Assembly: GCA_010015585.1 (NCBI GenBank)
Contig: ML975150.1
Source of the DNA: Eremomyces bilateralis CBS 781.70
Lineage: Eukaryota
DNA: 64,000 nt
Strand: one strand, 5' to 3'
Made by a program: the position numbers and the translations under genes. How positions within the stretch are numbered: position 1 is the stretch's first letter; every line of letters begins with the position of its first letter. Positions 1 to 13,082 of this stretch are shown one piece after another. Under the pieces are notes generated by a model. That model saw nothing but the letters and a program-made list of their open reading frames with translations, did not search any database and was not told the DNA's origin.

Positions 1-1062
1 CAGACCAGATAGAATGCCGTGCTCATAGACCCGAAAGGGATCCAGATAGTACGTTAAATTGATTCTTATTATTATTAGGAATATATACATTTCAGACATT
101 TGAGCCCCGAATTCAGCGCGTTGTGGTCATAAAATGGGCGATATCGCGTTTTCTGGTGGAATTGCGGGCGGGACACACACACTCAAAAAAACGCCAAGCG
201 TTCTCTCACATTTTGCAACCGCCAGAGGGGCAGAAAGACATTGCGCCGGGCGATGGCGAGGATGGCGAAGATGCCCGTGACATGCTGGAAGACAAACGTC
301 CAGGGTGGGATAGAAGCGGGGGTATCTATTTAATATTCAAGGGGTTGAAAGGCTACCCTCTTGGGGAAGCCAAACTCTGTTCCAGTAAGTCCCGGTACCG
401 TGCTATTTGAATGTCACCGTCGAAAAATATACCTCTAGTGGGAAAAGCGGATTCTCATCGAGAATATTCGCAGAACATTGAGGGGACGAAGGGCTTTAAG
501 CCTTGAAAGCAGCCCCGTATGTGTCGCCTAAGCCAGATGCAAGTCACCCCAGTTCCTCCTGCTTGGCCGAAATATGCAAAGGTAGATGAGGCTGCTTCGC
601 GCAGTGGTACAACAACGATACGAGGACCAAGGCTGGATATTTAAATAATTGATCGAGTTCAATCGTTACGGAAACCTCGGAAAATTCGTTCGGAAACCGC
701 TAATAGACTTGGTGATTAATATCTTTCCCTGGTTATTCCCATCAAATATCGATACAGTACCATACATACATCTCTGCTCGTAGGTTTGTACGCCGAGCTG
801 AACAGGACTTTGGTATATTACCCTGGCACCCTAGACACCTGACGTTACGGATAACGGAACGAGATGAGCCATGGGAGGAGTTGTTGGAAAACCGTGCAGA
901 AGGGCCATGATGGAAAGGCCATTATATAGAGCCGGCGAAACGAAGTCGGGGATAAGTCATCTTGCATATACATGTTAGGAGGACCAAATTGAGAGATTGG
1001 TTGACTTGAACACAGGAAATAGGTATTCCTCAATAGTATGGCAGTCAAACATACTTGTTCTT

Positions 1063-4022
1063 CTATTTCGGTTGATTTTGTACAGGAGTGGTACCTATCC
1101 GATGTTAGCATGTTCCATGAACCGATCAAGCAAGGAGCCATACCCAACACCCATCCAAGTCCCGAAGCCAATCCCCCCGCCACCGCATTAGCAACCATAT
1201 CTCGCTTCCTCACCGTTCCCTCACCATCACTCCCGCTCGCTCCTGAACCCTCTCTCTCATGCCCATATACCTGCCCCTTCTCTCCAGCCGCCGATGAATT
1301 CGCCCCTCCCCTAAGCGGAAACGCCGTCTTCGAAAATGCGGCCGCCGCTCCCCTCGCCACGTCAAACAGCCCCATAGGCGCCTCTTCCACCGCGCCCCTG
1401 CCGACCTCCCGCCGCGGCTGAACGAACGCAGCCGACGTATCGAAGCCCCCGGGAATCCGGCGATCGGCACGGTCGTTGAACGAGGACTCGGCCTCCGCCT
1501 CCTGGGCGAGGAGGGTGGTCATTTCTTCCTCACATCGGCGCCAGACGGCGAGGACTTCAGCGAGGGCGGAGGGCGGGGCAAGGAGGAGGGCCTGGGAGAG
1601 GAGTTCCATGCGCTGCTCAAGACGACGGAGTGAGGGGGGTGTTGAGGTGGCGGCGGATGCGTGGATGGCGAAGGTGGAGGGGTCGGAGGGTCGGAATTTG
1701 CCGGCTAGAAGCGCAGCTCGCCATGCGATGTCATCTGCAGGGGATTTGCGGGCACGCGCTGTAGATGGAGTTGATGGGCGGTCGACTTCCTGCTGAGGGT
1801 TGAGTCGATTGACGACGTATGAGTATGCCGTTTCGAAATCGTCTTCGGCAAGCGCAGCTTCAATAGCCATGCCCGTTACTCGCATCTCCGCCGCGAACTG
1901 CTTAGTCTCGAGATCTGGCACCGGACGCGAGCGATGTTCTTCGTCGGGAGAGTCACTAGGCAATCCGGCACCGACGAAGTTCTTCGCGATGCTGATTAAA
2001 TCGTCGAGCTTGGTATAGCTCTTGGGGTTCTGGCTAAAGACTTTGCCAAGAAGAGCTAAAGGATCGCCGCTGACACGGATGCTAACAGGCTGGAATGGAA
2101 CGGCATGCTGTAATGTTAAGGAATAGAAGGATAATGCATGAGTAGCGGAGATAAGTGCGTCACAACGTTTGAGGCCTTCCGAGAAACGGAATTGGGGACG
2201 AAATATTGCGAGTCTAGGCCAGTGTGTCAGTAAATGTATTGTCAGAGAATATGAAATGCAAGGATTGACTCTCACATTTCGGTGGCCTTCTTCATCCCTC
2301 CTCTTGTCTTATTTCCATTACTGGCATTGTCATAGCTGGTGAATATGGCTGCAAGAACAGTCGCTTCGACATCGCCCCGTTCAAGTGGGCTATCATTCTC
2401 TTGTAAATATGTTCGTATAGCAGATTGGTAGCCTAACAGGAGTCAGTGATTGTAATCCCATTCGAGAAATCATACTTACAGCCCGCAGTGAGAAAAGTTT
2501 TCAGAACATGCTTCTCTAGCATTGCTCTGTCGATCGCTCCAAGTACTCCATTGCTGTGTTGCACGCCTTTGACATCCTCTGGGTTCCAGCTCCATAGCCA
2601 TAGTACCTTTTCTCGGATAGAAATCCACTCTGGTTCAGCGAGCCGTATTGACAGCCTTGAATGTAGAATCTTTTCCAGGACTGCAAGCTGCTCTTGAATA
2701 TTTCCCCGAGACTTGATCTTTGCAGCGTTTGCGACTGAGACATCATGGCCCATCGCCCCCAGCATTGATGAAGACAAGACGCACGCTTGGAGCAGCGAGA
2801 TGGCGTCCGGCGTCGGTTCCGATAGCGCCGTATTCCGCAAATTCGAATTGGAGTTCAGAGTCCGCACAATGTCTTGGACGATCGGACTATCCGGCGCCAC
2901 CCGAGGCAATTTCGCATTTGGATCCAGAGCAGCGGACGGCTCGAACCCTCCCAAAGTCTCAATCCGCCGCAGTAACCTCTGCGCGATGCCCGAAGCGCTC
3001 GCATCGTTCTGGAGACCGTAGATGACCGCAACCATGGACCTCACGTATTGCACGTCGAGTGCATCTGCTTGTTCCTGCGTGAGAGCCCCATAGCCACCCG
3101 ATTCACCCAAATCGACATTGTTCGGGCCGCTCCAATCGTCGATGCTGTCCACGACATAGCTGGGGTCTTTGACGGCCGTTTCTTGAAGCCAGTCAAACAC
3201 CCGGTTCCAGTCCGCCTCAATGCCGGAGAGACCCTCGTAGGGGTCCACGGATTGTTGGATGAGCGAGGGTCTTCGTTCTGACTCGCTCCGGGTTTCGGTT
3301 TTAGGTCCTACACGCCGTCTTTTGCGCTCATTGCTGCCGTACACCCAAGGTCCGACTAGCGCTTTAATGTCCCTGGCAGCCACCTTTCCGTCCCTCTCAT
3401 CCTCGTTGTGATCTGTCTGGCCTTTCGCCAGCAATGCATCGACTCCTTCTCTGCCGAATAGAGTCTCTATGACTGGAACCGTCCAGGTTGGGTCAACGTC
3501 CGGATAGAACTCTAGGTTTACCCGGACTAACGGGAGGACGATCGAAGTGTACCATGTACGGAGGTAAGAGGAGTGGTCCAGGTATGGCGTTATAAGACAA
3601 GGTGTAAGTCGTAGCAGCCCCGCCTGGTCTAGCTGATATGCCCGATGAATCAGAAAGTGGGTGAAGGTGTCCAGCGTGTCATCTTCACTCCGCGATGGGT
3701 GTCGCACCGGAACGAGGACCAGCCGTTTCGCCCGCTTCTTCGCCACTCCATCCGATATCTCGTCAACTGCCGAGATGTCGACCTCAACTGTCGGCTCTTC
3801 CGAAGGCCGTAGATGAGCAATGTCGCGTGCTAGTGGGGTATATCGGCCGGGCTCGGTGCCCTCGGAGAGGAATGTCAGGAGGATTCGAAGGAGTAATTCG
3901 GCATCGAAGCATTCGGGGCGGGAAGCTCGCAAGGAGGAGAAGGCGGAAATGTTGGCTTCGCTCGCATACTGAGCTGCAAGCAGGAAACAATGTGACCTGG
4001 AGAGCTGCGTTAGGTGAACCAT
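1063..4022 (-). CDS. SEC39: Sec39-domain protein (Dsl1 ER tethering complex)
   Basis: ORFs 2433..4022 and 845..2275 join through GT-AG introns at 2479-2433, 2275-2214 and 1143-1095. Motifs: LLRILLTFL.EG.EP..Y, F(T)SYDNASNGNKTRGGMKKA, ALAEDDFETAYSYV, EEAPMGLFDVARGA, GLASGLGWVLG. The last exon ends GTTPVQNQPK*. Confidence 0.88.
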
Positions 4023-4501
4023 TCGGTGCGATTTGCGATGCGATGTCCGGCGTTTAGCAGCTGTGGCGTGTCACGAAATACTCGATTTCGAATTGTGTCA
4101 TGCTCTGCCTGGTGTCTAGAAGTCAATCAGGTATCGAATTTACACAAGGAGCGACCAGATGGTTCAAATAGTTGTTCACACCGATCCATGGAGCTCTCAG
4201 CCAAGAAAGCCACATCTGATGCAAGCTCCAATATGACCAGGGTTGACAACTGGACTGTTGACATCACTTTCAACGTACGGGAAGTATTAGTTAGTGCTTG
4301 GGCAATTTATATAAAAGTATTCCAACCCTACAGGAATTAACTAAGGCACGTTTAATTTTTGTATGTATTTGTATTGTCATTTAGAATGGGAGAAGTAAAT
4401 TCCAATGCTATATATACAGATCTGCGGTCTATGCCAGAACAGCCAATGCTTGAAGCCCAGAAGCAAGTTTCTAGTAGCAAATTCAAAGTCCTATCTTAAA
4501 T

Positions 4502-5879
4502 CTATTGAGATTTCTCCCTCTTCTTCTTCTCCATGGCTTTCTTGCTTTTCTCCCTCTTCTGAATCACTGCCTCAGCACCAACCCCGCCAAATACCAACCC
4601 CACACCAAACCATTGCATCCCCGAGATCTTATGACCAAACCAGATCACAGACAGCACCATCGTCAGCATCTTCCTCGTCACTGTCACCGTGACGAGCAGT
4701 AAACTGGAAAACCGGCTTAGTGTCCGGAAGATGAAGACCTGCCCGACGGCACCGCAAATGGCGAAACCGAGCACGTCCAATCGTGCTTCTGGATGTCGTT
4801 GTAAGAAGGCGAGACCATCCCAGAGCTCGTTTGCGGCTACACTGGACAGGCCCAGATACGCACCGACTGGAGTCCGCGAGATCGTGGGCGCCAAGGCAAG
4901 GTAAGCCACGTTGATGAGCGACGCGATCGTATTCTGCGCGACCATCATCTGCGGCCCCGAATACGGCGCATGCGCCGTGAAGATATGGTCTTGCGTGCTG
5001 TTCGTGATGCCGTCGAACAGCAGGTTGATCGACAGCAGAAGCAGACCCCACGCTGCCGCGCCACCGATGCCCGTGGATGCGGTAAACCACGACACGAGGC
5101 CTTCCGGCACGAACGACGGCATCTCCACATCCTTCTGCGCCGCGGAGCGTTTCGCAGCCTTCGCGGCGGTGGAGGGATGGTGGACGGTGAAGACGGCGAC
5201 GCCGGCGGTCACGGCAAAGACGACGAGATATTTGTAGAGGGGGTAGCGGCGGCGGAAGAAGGTGACGTGGAGGGCCATGACAGGGAGGAGCTTGCATGAT
5301 TTGGCGAGGATGAAGGTGATGTAGTCGATGTAGTTGAGGCTGGCGTAGCCGAAGGGGGCGGCGAGGGAGCTGGTGAGGGAGACGAGGGCGAGGGGCGGGA
5401 GGATGGATGCGCGGGGGAAGATTGCAGGGCGCGAGGAGCGCGAGGAGGTGATGTTGAAATACAGCTTCCCTGCGATGGCGGCGAAGAGCGCTTGGATCGT
5501 GAGCAGCAGGATGCTGTATTGGAATCGCTCAGGCTTGTCTGATGGGCCATATGATTTGGTGGTGATACGCTCTTGGAGTAATGCCCAAGTTAAGCTGCAG
5601 GAGTCAATACAGTCAACGATGATCTTTGATTTGCGAGTCTGGAATCGCTGTCACATACAATGCGCCGTATATCCCGCCAACACATATCACCAACTCCGTG
5701 AGCCCTGGGCTCGAACTCTCCTCGGTTGGCTCTGCCCGTTGGATCGACTTCTTCTCAACCGGAGTGGCTGGCCGAACGGTATGTCCGTTTGACGCATCGT
5801 GATGTATCTTTCCGTAGGTTTGATTATATAAATCCGACGGTTCCCTCCGCAGGGGAGTCTTCGGCTTTTGGCGAGCCAT
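4502..5879 (-). CDS. HUT1: UDP-galactose transporter homolog (UAA family, ER membrane)
   Basis: Exon 1 reads MARQK...ICVGGIYGA, then intron 5658-5595. Downstream motifs: FLTWALLQERIT, FGYASLNYIDYITFILAKSCKLLPVMALH, LLFDGITNSTQD, VTVTRKMLTM. The C-terminus is Lys-rich. Confidence 0.92.
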
Positions 5880-6448
5880 TGCGAACTAGAAAGGAGATCT
5901 GCAGACAGAATTTTAGTAGTCGATGGGACGATGATCTATATAAGGAGCGACATGAAGGGCATAAATTCGATACGAATGGTGAGATGGAAACTTGGTGAAC
6001 GTGGCGGCTGATAGCCAGATAATGTTTCGCCAGTGTTTCTCGAAATCTGGCATCAACACAGCGGGAGAGCCATGGGTGGGGTGAACACTGAACACCCCTG
6101 TTCCTTGAATAAGAACCGCCTCCATATTTGAGGGAACACCCGGAACTAGAGAGACGACACCCTCACACCCTATTGTTAATTATGTGGACGTGATATCCGG
6201 TACTTCACGATTGACTATTACGCGATCCATTGACTAGCGCTACGGTACTGGTATCTAAACGATTGTCCCTGAAAGCCGAATTCTGAGTAAAAGGTATCTT
6301 CGCTAGCACTGGCTTTCAAAGAAGCCCATACAACGAACAACTGAATCAAATGTGAGAATACGATTGTCCCCGATCGTCATCACCGTAATTAGAAGGACTT
6401 TCCTGCAACCTGAGCGGACCCATCTCCCAGTCCACTTCGATCCGACCA

Positions 6449-8942
6449 TTACACACCCTCGGTCACAGGTTTATCAGTCGACTCTGCGGGAAACGCAGCG
6501 GGAGCGGCCGCCTCGAGCGCTTTCTCCCCTCGAGTGTAAGGGTTCGAAACACCCTCGAAATGGTACAGCTCCGGGCACGTCTCGTTCTTGTGCCACAGGA
6601 TCCAGCGACGGAACCACCATGGAAGCACGGACCCCGTCTGGTAATTCACGTGCTTCCTGGTCGGCACCGCAAAGACGTAGTCCAGCTCCTCGAGCGTCCG
6701 TTGCTTCGTCTCCGGCACGAACAGGAAGATGAGCAACAGCGCCACTAGATTCAACCCTGCGTAGAACCCGAATGCCCCGGTCGCCGTCATGGCGCGCAGC
6801 ATGCGGGGGAACGTCAACGCCAACACGGAGGCCCAGAAATTGTTGGTCGCGACGGCATACGCCATGCCGACCTCACGATGGGAGAGGGGGAATACTTCGG
6901 CGCTGTACATGAAAGGAACGGGGCCTTCCCCAGGGCTGTAGAACGCAGCGAAGAGGTAGACGAACAGGGCGACAAGCCCGAGACGCAATTTGCTGTCTTC
7001 GACGCTAGGTTCAATCAAGTAACACAGTCCGGCAGCTAAGATCGAATTAGTCCTGCTTTTCGGAAACCGGTAGCTTGGGGGCACATACCAAGCAACGTCC
7101 AGAACATCTGAGGGAAGGTGAAGAGCAAGAGCGTACGACGGCCAAAGGTGTCGATGGTCCACACCGCAGGCCACGCAAAAACGAAGTTGATCAATCCGAA
7201 GCCGAACGATGCAAAAAGTGCAGTGAAGTCGCTGATACCAGCCTCCTTGAAGATAGTGGCGCTGTAGAACGAGATGATATTAACTAGATGAATGCATTAG
7301 TATGTGGTTTGGCTTTTTAGTCGACTGTGCGATACGTACTTCCGCACATCTGTTGTGCCAACATAACGATACCAGACGCATACACCGCACGACGGTTTCG
7401 GGGCATCGTGAAGAGCTCAACGAATCGAGTGAACGTGTTGCCACCAGACTTCGCGATAGTGGATTCCTCGATGAGCAGCTCTTCCTGTTTCAGCAATACA
7501 TCGATGTAGTAAAGATCACGAGCAGCTTGAAGCGGAGTGTTGCGGAGAGCCTTCAGGGATTTCCAAGCTTGATTGTAATTGTTCTTGCTCATCAACCTAA
7601 CGATCCCATGTTAGCGACCTGTTATCATCCTGTACGGCAATCTTACATACCAGCGAGGAGATTCCGGGCACCAATAAACACCGAGAACCAATGGAACTGC
7701 CGGAATGAAGGCGGAGCCGAATTGCAGACGCCATGAGATCGCGCCAGTCTTTGCTACGGCCAAGTTGGAGCAGGTTCCAAGGAAGATACCTATATTTGTG
7801 AGCCTTTTGTCCACTAGAAGTTGTACGAAGGCACGAACCGAATGCCGTCCAAACTTGCCAGGACATTACGAGACCGCCGCGAATGATAGTTGGAGCGTTT
7901 TCTGCTGAGAAAACAGGCACGGTGACCTCTTTCAACCCCATACCAATACCAAGGAGCATGCTGATCATTTCTCGTTAGCGCGCAGACAGTGCGCCATTGT
8001 AGGGTCAAGAACGTACCGACAAGCCAAGAGCTGACCCCATGTTTGAGAAAGCGCCATACCGAATGGGGCCAGAAGCGAGAAGATGGCGGCAATGAAGATG
8101 ACATGACGCCGTCCAAGCCAGTGATTGAGGGGATCAGAGATCCATCCAGCGCTTCGAGAGGGTTAGTTAGAGCACCATGGAATGGTAGGGCGGTTGCAGG
8201 GGCTAGCTTACAAGAGGCAAATGGTGATATACGGCATGCTGTTGATAAGTCCCACAATCCAACTGTTCTTGGAACAGTCACCACCATTGATGTCCGGTCC
8301 ACACTCGGGTGGGTTCTCCGGAAGATTGAACGCTTGTGGAAAACTCAAGTTCGCCCCATTGGATCCAGTCTGACATTCCATTAGCGGACTGAAAAGCAGA
8401 GTCAGATGGTGAATTGCATACCTGATCCCATCCTTGAATGGCAGCGGCAATTGAGTTCAAAATGATGGTGTAGTAGAGCGGCCACGGGTGCCTCCAGCGA
8501 TGCTCGACTTCATCAATCAGTGCTTCCTTTTCGAATTCCTCGAGCTCCGTGATGGAGTCCAGCGCAGCGGGATTCTGCGCAACCAAGGCGCCCTTCCGCA
8601 GCAATGGAAGGATATCCTCTGGGAGGTCGTGTTCCTTGTGGAAGCGGTCAACGTTTTCCAGCAGGATTTCTCGAGGAATGTCCTTGAGAGGGTTGCGAAT
8701 CTCTCCAGCCACGTTCTCGGTCAGCTGTGCGATGCTGGCTCTGCGTCGGGCTGTCTCGTCTCCCTCGATGGGGACTGCCTTGGATCTAGACATTTAGAAA
8801 GCCTGATTAGCATGTGGTGTCGAAGTGTCCCCAGTTGAGTGTGTGGGATGAGTGTTACACATGAAGTGGAAGATATTGGCTGTGTTATAGGAAGTGTATG
8901 AAGCAATGGAACCTTCACATACTCTTCCACGTCCTTCGCCAT
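6449..8942 (-). CDS. MFS sugar porter (polyol/inositol/hexose transporter-like), multi-exon
   Basis: Motifs [53 protein letters not shown] and [14 protein letters not shown] lie across several exons. The start is either ATG 8942 (MAKDVEE, then a GTATGT intron spliced in frame at TCTAG) or ATG 8793. Confidence 0.9.
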
Positions 8943-11900
8943 AGTGAATGGCCTCGATGTTGGTTTCAGTCAAAGCTCTTTCTCTTAATGTGGTCTTCTC
9001 AAGTATGCGAACCGAATGCCGGTACCTTCACTCGTCACAAGGACAGGAACAAAAACTGCTCGAAACGCAGATGTGTCGGCGAAGATGGGGGAGCACAGGC
9101 GAATTTAAATACATTCGCCCTAGCTACCACGGTCAAGCACGCATGGCACCAAACACAAACCCTCATTCGAGTTAGATCATTCTAACTAGCGGGGTTCCCC
9201 AACCTCAGAATTTCAATATCCTTGCTTCCATTCACCTGGTTCTCTGGGTGGGAAATCAGACTGCAGGTTAGCCCAATGATCAGCATCGACTGACCATAAT
9301 GTTACAGTGTTTAGTGTTACACCCATCCACCAGAGTCGGGAACCTGCACCCAGAGTCGGAAGCCGTCTGCCTCACGCCGTGTTCCGGAAACACTCTGGCT
9401 GGCGCACAAGATGGACTTGGAACCTGGCAAGGCGGCTCAGAGCATACCGAACTTGCCAGACCCAATCTCTCATTTCCCGTCGCGGTGGTAACTAGAGACT
9501 CTCCCGGACCTGTGCCCTTACTTCGATTTAGCATGGACTCTGGGCTCTGCACAAGGCCAACGTTGCCCGTTGGCGACATGCCGGCATGGAGGGTAGTGGA
9601 TCCGGCAAAACGCATGAAGGGAGGGCAGAATTAACGGACAGTGTCGAGAGAGGAAAAGATCGGACGTTTACAGATGAAAGTCATCTCGCTCCCCTGCACT
9701 GATAGACCCTTGCGAGCTATCGGTTAGCGTTGGCATTTCTTGGGTGGCAGGCTTGCTGCAAAGAGCAAAAGCTTTCCCTAGCTTTGGCGTCTTTGTCACC
9801 AACCGCTAGCGCCCAGTCGTCGGCTTATCCGATGATGGCGTTTTGAAGCTTCATCCTTGGCCGGTTCTTGAGGAAAATTGAGCCTTGGAAGGCTGAGAAA
9901 TCAAGAGAGAATTCAGCCATCCACCGTCCCCAGTCAGTCCATGAGAGAATCGTCCTCTCTGTATCTGAAGGTGGTTACATCCAAATCCTCCTGCCTCCCA
10001 GTCAAGGTTAGGGCCTCGTCCTTGTGGTAAGATTAGGAAAGGGACTACTCCGTACATCAAATCTAAGAAACAAGAGTTCAAGACGCTCTGGGATCTGGTA
10101 TCAAAGATCTCATATAAATAGGACGATGGTTTCCTAGTCACAAAGAGCGGAAGCCGAGTAGCATCATATTGATGATCCACTGCTGCCCATCCCAACTGAT
10201 ACCTTCGGCGGTCTAGCTTCTGGGCTGAATGGTGATTAGGAAAGTGATAGACTGTTGACCAGACTGATGCCCAGGCGCTACTGCAATCAGAGAGACCGCC
10301 AAGGCTAGGCTCGAAACCATATCAAACGCCGCCGACATCATTGGTGCTCGCATGATTTTCGGCCTTTGGGGCTCTCTCCCCCGCCGCGGACTGCCAGACG
10401 ATTATAGCGCTCGGTTTCGACGTCCGGATCGGGAACATGGTGAGTGGTGAACTCTCTTGAGTCTCTGGGAATTTCAGCGCTATGGGTGCGGTTTTATATT
10501 TTCAGTTGGCTTCCACCCCTTACGTAGCGGTTTCATTCAATACCTTACGGTTCATAATTCCGATTGTGAGCATGCGAATTGGCCAGGCGGTGACAAAGCA
10601 GGATCTAGGTCAGGCTTTGACCAGGTCCATATTGCATATATGCCTCGTATGAGGCTGACAGTGTCTGCTTCCTTACTTATGCAACTCCATGTCGTGCGTC
10701 CGAGCACTGCGCCCATCTCATCGAGAGGAGTCCCCGCTGCAAGAGTAGGATCTGGTCTGCGGGGTAACAGTTACGAGTAGGTATCTTGCTTCACCATGCA
10801 TTTGCGGTTTAAGCGATTGAGGCCAGTGAGGTGACACTGCATCACGTCAAACGCCGGGGTCGTTGATTACTGGACAAGGCTAACCTGGACGGCTGACTGA
10901 AATAATTTTGCCCAGTAAGTAACTTTGTCGGTGGAGGATCCTAAACCATGTCCTCATGGCAAACTTGGTTCAACCTGCCACTTCCAAGCTCCCAAGGGGT
11001 GTTGAATTGTCATGTCCTCACCCATGTCCCAGACATGAGCCCCCATATCCTAACCACCGAGTAGTGGCAGAGCACGATTCCATATGACCTCCAGTCTCCA
11101 GATCCATTTCTGATGAAGACGAACATTAACGTGTGGGGTGAAAGGACATCTCGCTAACCCGTGACCATATCCTCCCACCATTCCATGGACGCGACGCCAC
11201 GCTATCAGATATCGCGCTATCCTTCAACGACCTTTGGCATCGCGAGAATCCGACTGCTTGAACAATGGGTGTATCAAGGGTGTAGTGATAGTATATCCCG
11301 TACACTGAAATACTTATCTTTAGAATGGTATTATTGCAAGCATCAAATCGGCGCCCCGATGTGCAGCAGGCAACAGGCCCACGATCGTCGCAGTGATCGA
11401 CACGGTCCATAGAAACTGGGGCTCAAAGACCCTGATCTCCGTCGGGTCCTGCAGGTGTCAGTAACGTCACTGGTGTTCGACTGAGCTATCGTCTGATCTG
11501 AGGAGACGAACTAAGGGCCAAACTTTCGGGCTGCCTTCCCGGCTGCTTAATGTGATTCGAATAGGGATCACGAAAGCAGTCCTTGGGATGCATATCCCGC
11601 ATCCGCAGATCTCAGCAACTGTGAACTGCTCGTGCAGGTCCGGTTCCATAATATTCCGTGTTCAGGATATGCGATCGCATATCTTGAGATGATATGGCTT
11701 CATCCTAGGTGAGATCGACACGGCAACAGCATATCGTGCTGTACAACTGGATTCGGCCCGGGGTGTGCAAATTATCCTGACGGCGGAGAACTGGCCCTTC
11801 AGGTATATCCGTTGACCGGATTATTCTCTTCCGCCAGTCATGTATGGAGCCGCTTGATCGACAACCCTCCCTCTTCGATATTCCGATTCTCCCCTGTTCC

Positions 11901-13082
11901 GTCGCCACGGGCTCCACAGACCGGAAGTGGACGATCTCTCATGCCTCATAATGGTGGAGAGTTTCTACCGTTCCCTGGTAATATGTGTAGATTTGACTCT
12001 CAGTAGCATCTTCGAGGTTTTGAAACCCCCGATGCAATGCAATTGGATGTTGCTCCGGAGTCCGCTGCACAACGCCACTGAAACAAAGATGACGAACTGT
12101 TCCGAGACGTTCAAGTTCCGATTGATGGACCCAGAAGGACTCATCCTGCACGCAGTCATGCTCGATGTGGTATATATGCTTGAGTCACAAGACTGGTAGA
12201 AAAGAAGACCTTGGCGTGTAGACCAATCCAACCCTCTAAAAGAGGACGCGAAAGGGCAGTGACTCAACGACGAAGAAGATACGCGGTATTCTGCCAAATA
12301 CCAACATGTTATCAGGGACTCGGTACCGCATTAGCCACTTTATTATGAGGCTTCAAGCTGAGATAGTGTTAAACATCCTGATGCCATGATGCCGAAACGG
12401 AGATAGTTCGAGGAACCGAGGACAATTATCTGTACACGTGGACCAATTGCTGAGTGTTGACGAGTTATACCATGAACAGGAGTACTGTTGTTGCGTATCA
12501 AAGGAGCAAAAGTTGCTCCAAGTCAAAGACCCGACGTTTTAATTCCCATTTCGTGGGTTGCACATCATGGCAAGGAAGAGGGAGATCCCAGGAAGATCCG
12601 GCGACCTGGCGATCTGCACAGAAATTAGTCGCTTCGGCCAGCCTAAACACTCTAGCAGTCGAGCTTCATTCGTTGCATAAAGCCACTCCAAGTCACCGCA
12701 CATCTTCATAATCGATCGAAGACGAACCCAACTTATCATATTTCGAATATCCTATCTCTACCTTCAACTGCAAGTGCCTCTATCAACTCATCCTTTCCTC
12801 CGTCAAAATTGTTTGTCAATTGCACCCTGCCGGTCGGTTCACTACGTGATCCTTACACGACGACTTCACAGGAGGTCGTTACTTGTACGGTCGTACCACC
12901 AGCGAACGATGTTCATTCAGTCATCGATTAACATTTAACAGGATTTTTTAACCATCTCATTCGCTTCCTGGTAGTACTCTATCCTGTACAGCATCCATGA
13001 CGCCCTAACGTCCCGTTTGCCGGTCTTTTACTTGCACTGAGCGGCGTCTATCGAGTGCTCTCGACTCTTTGAAGCCGCTCGG

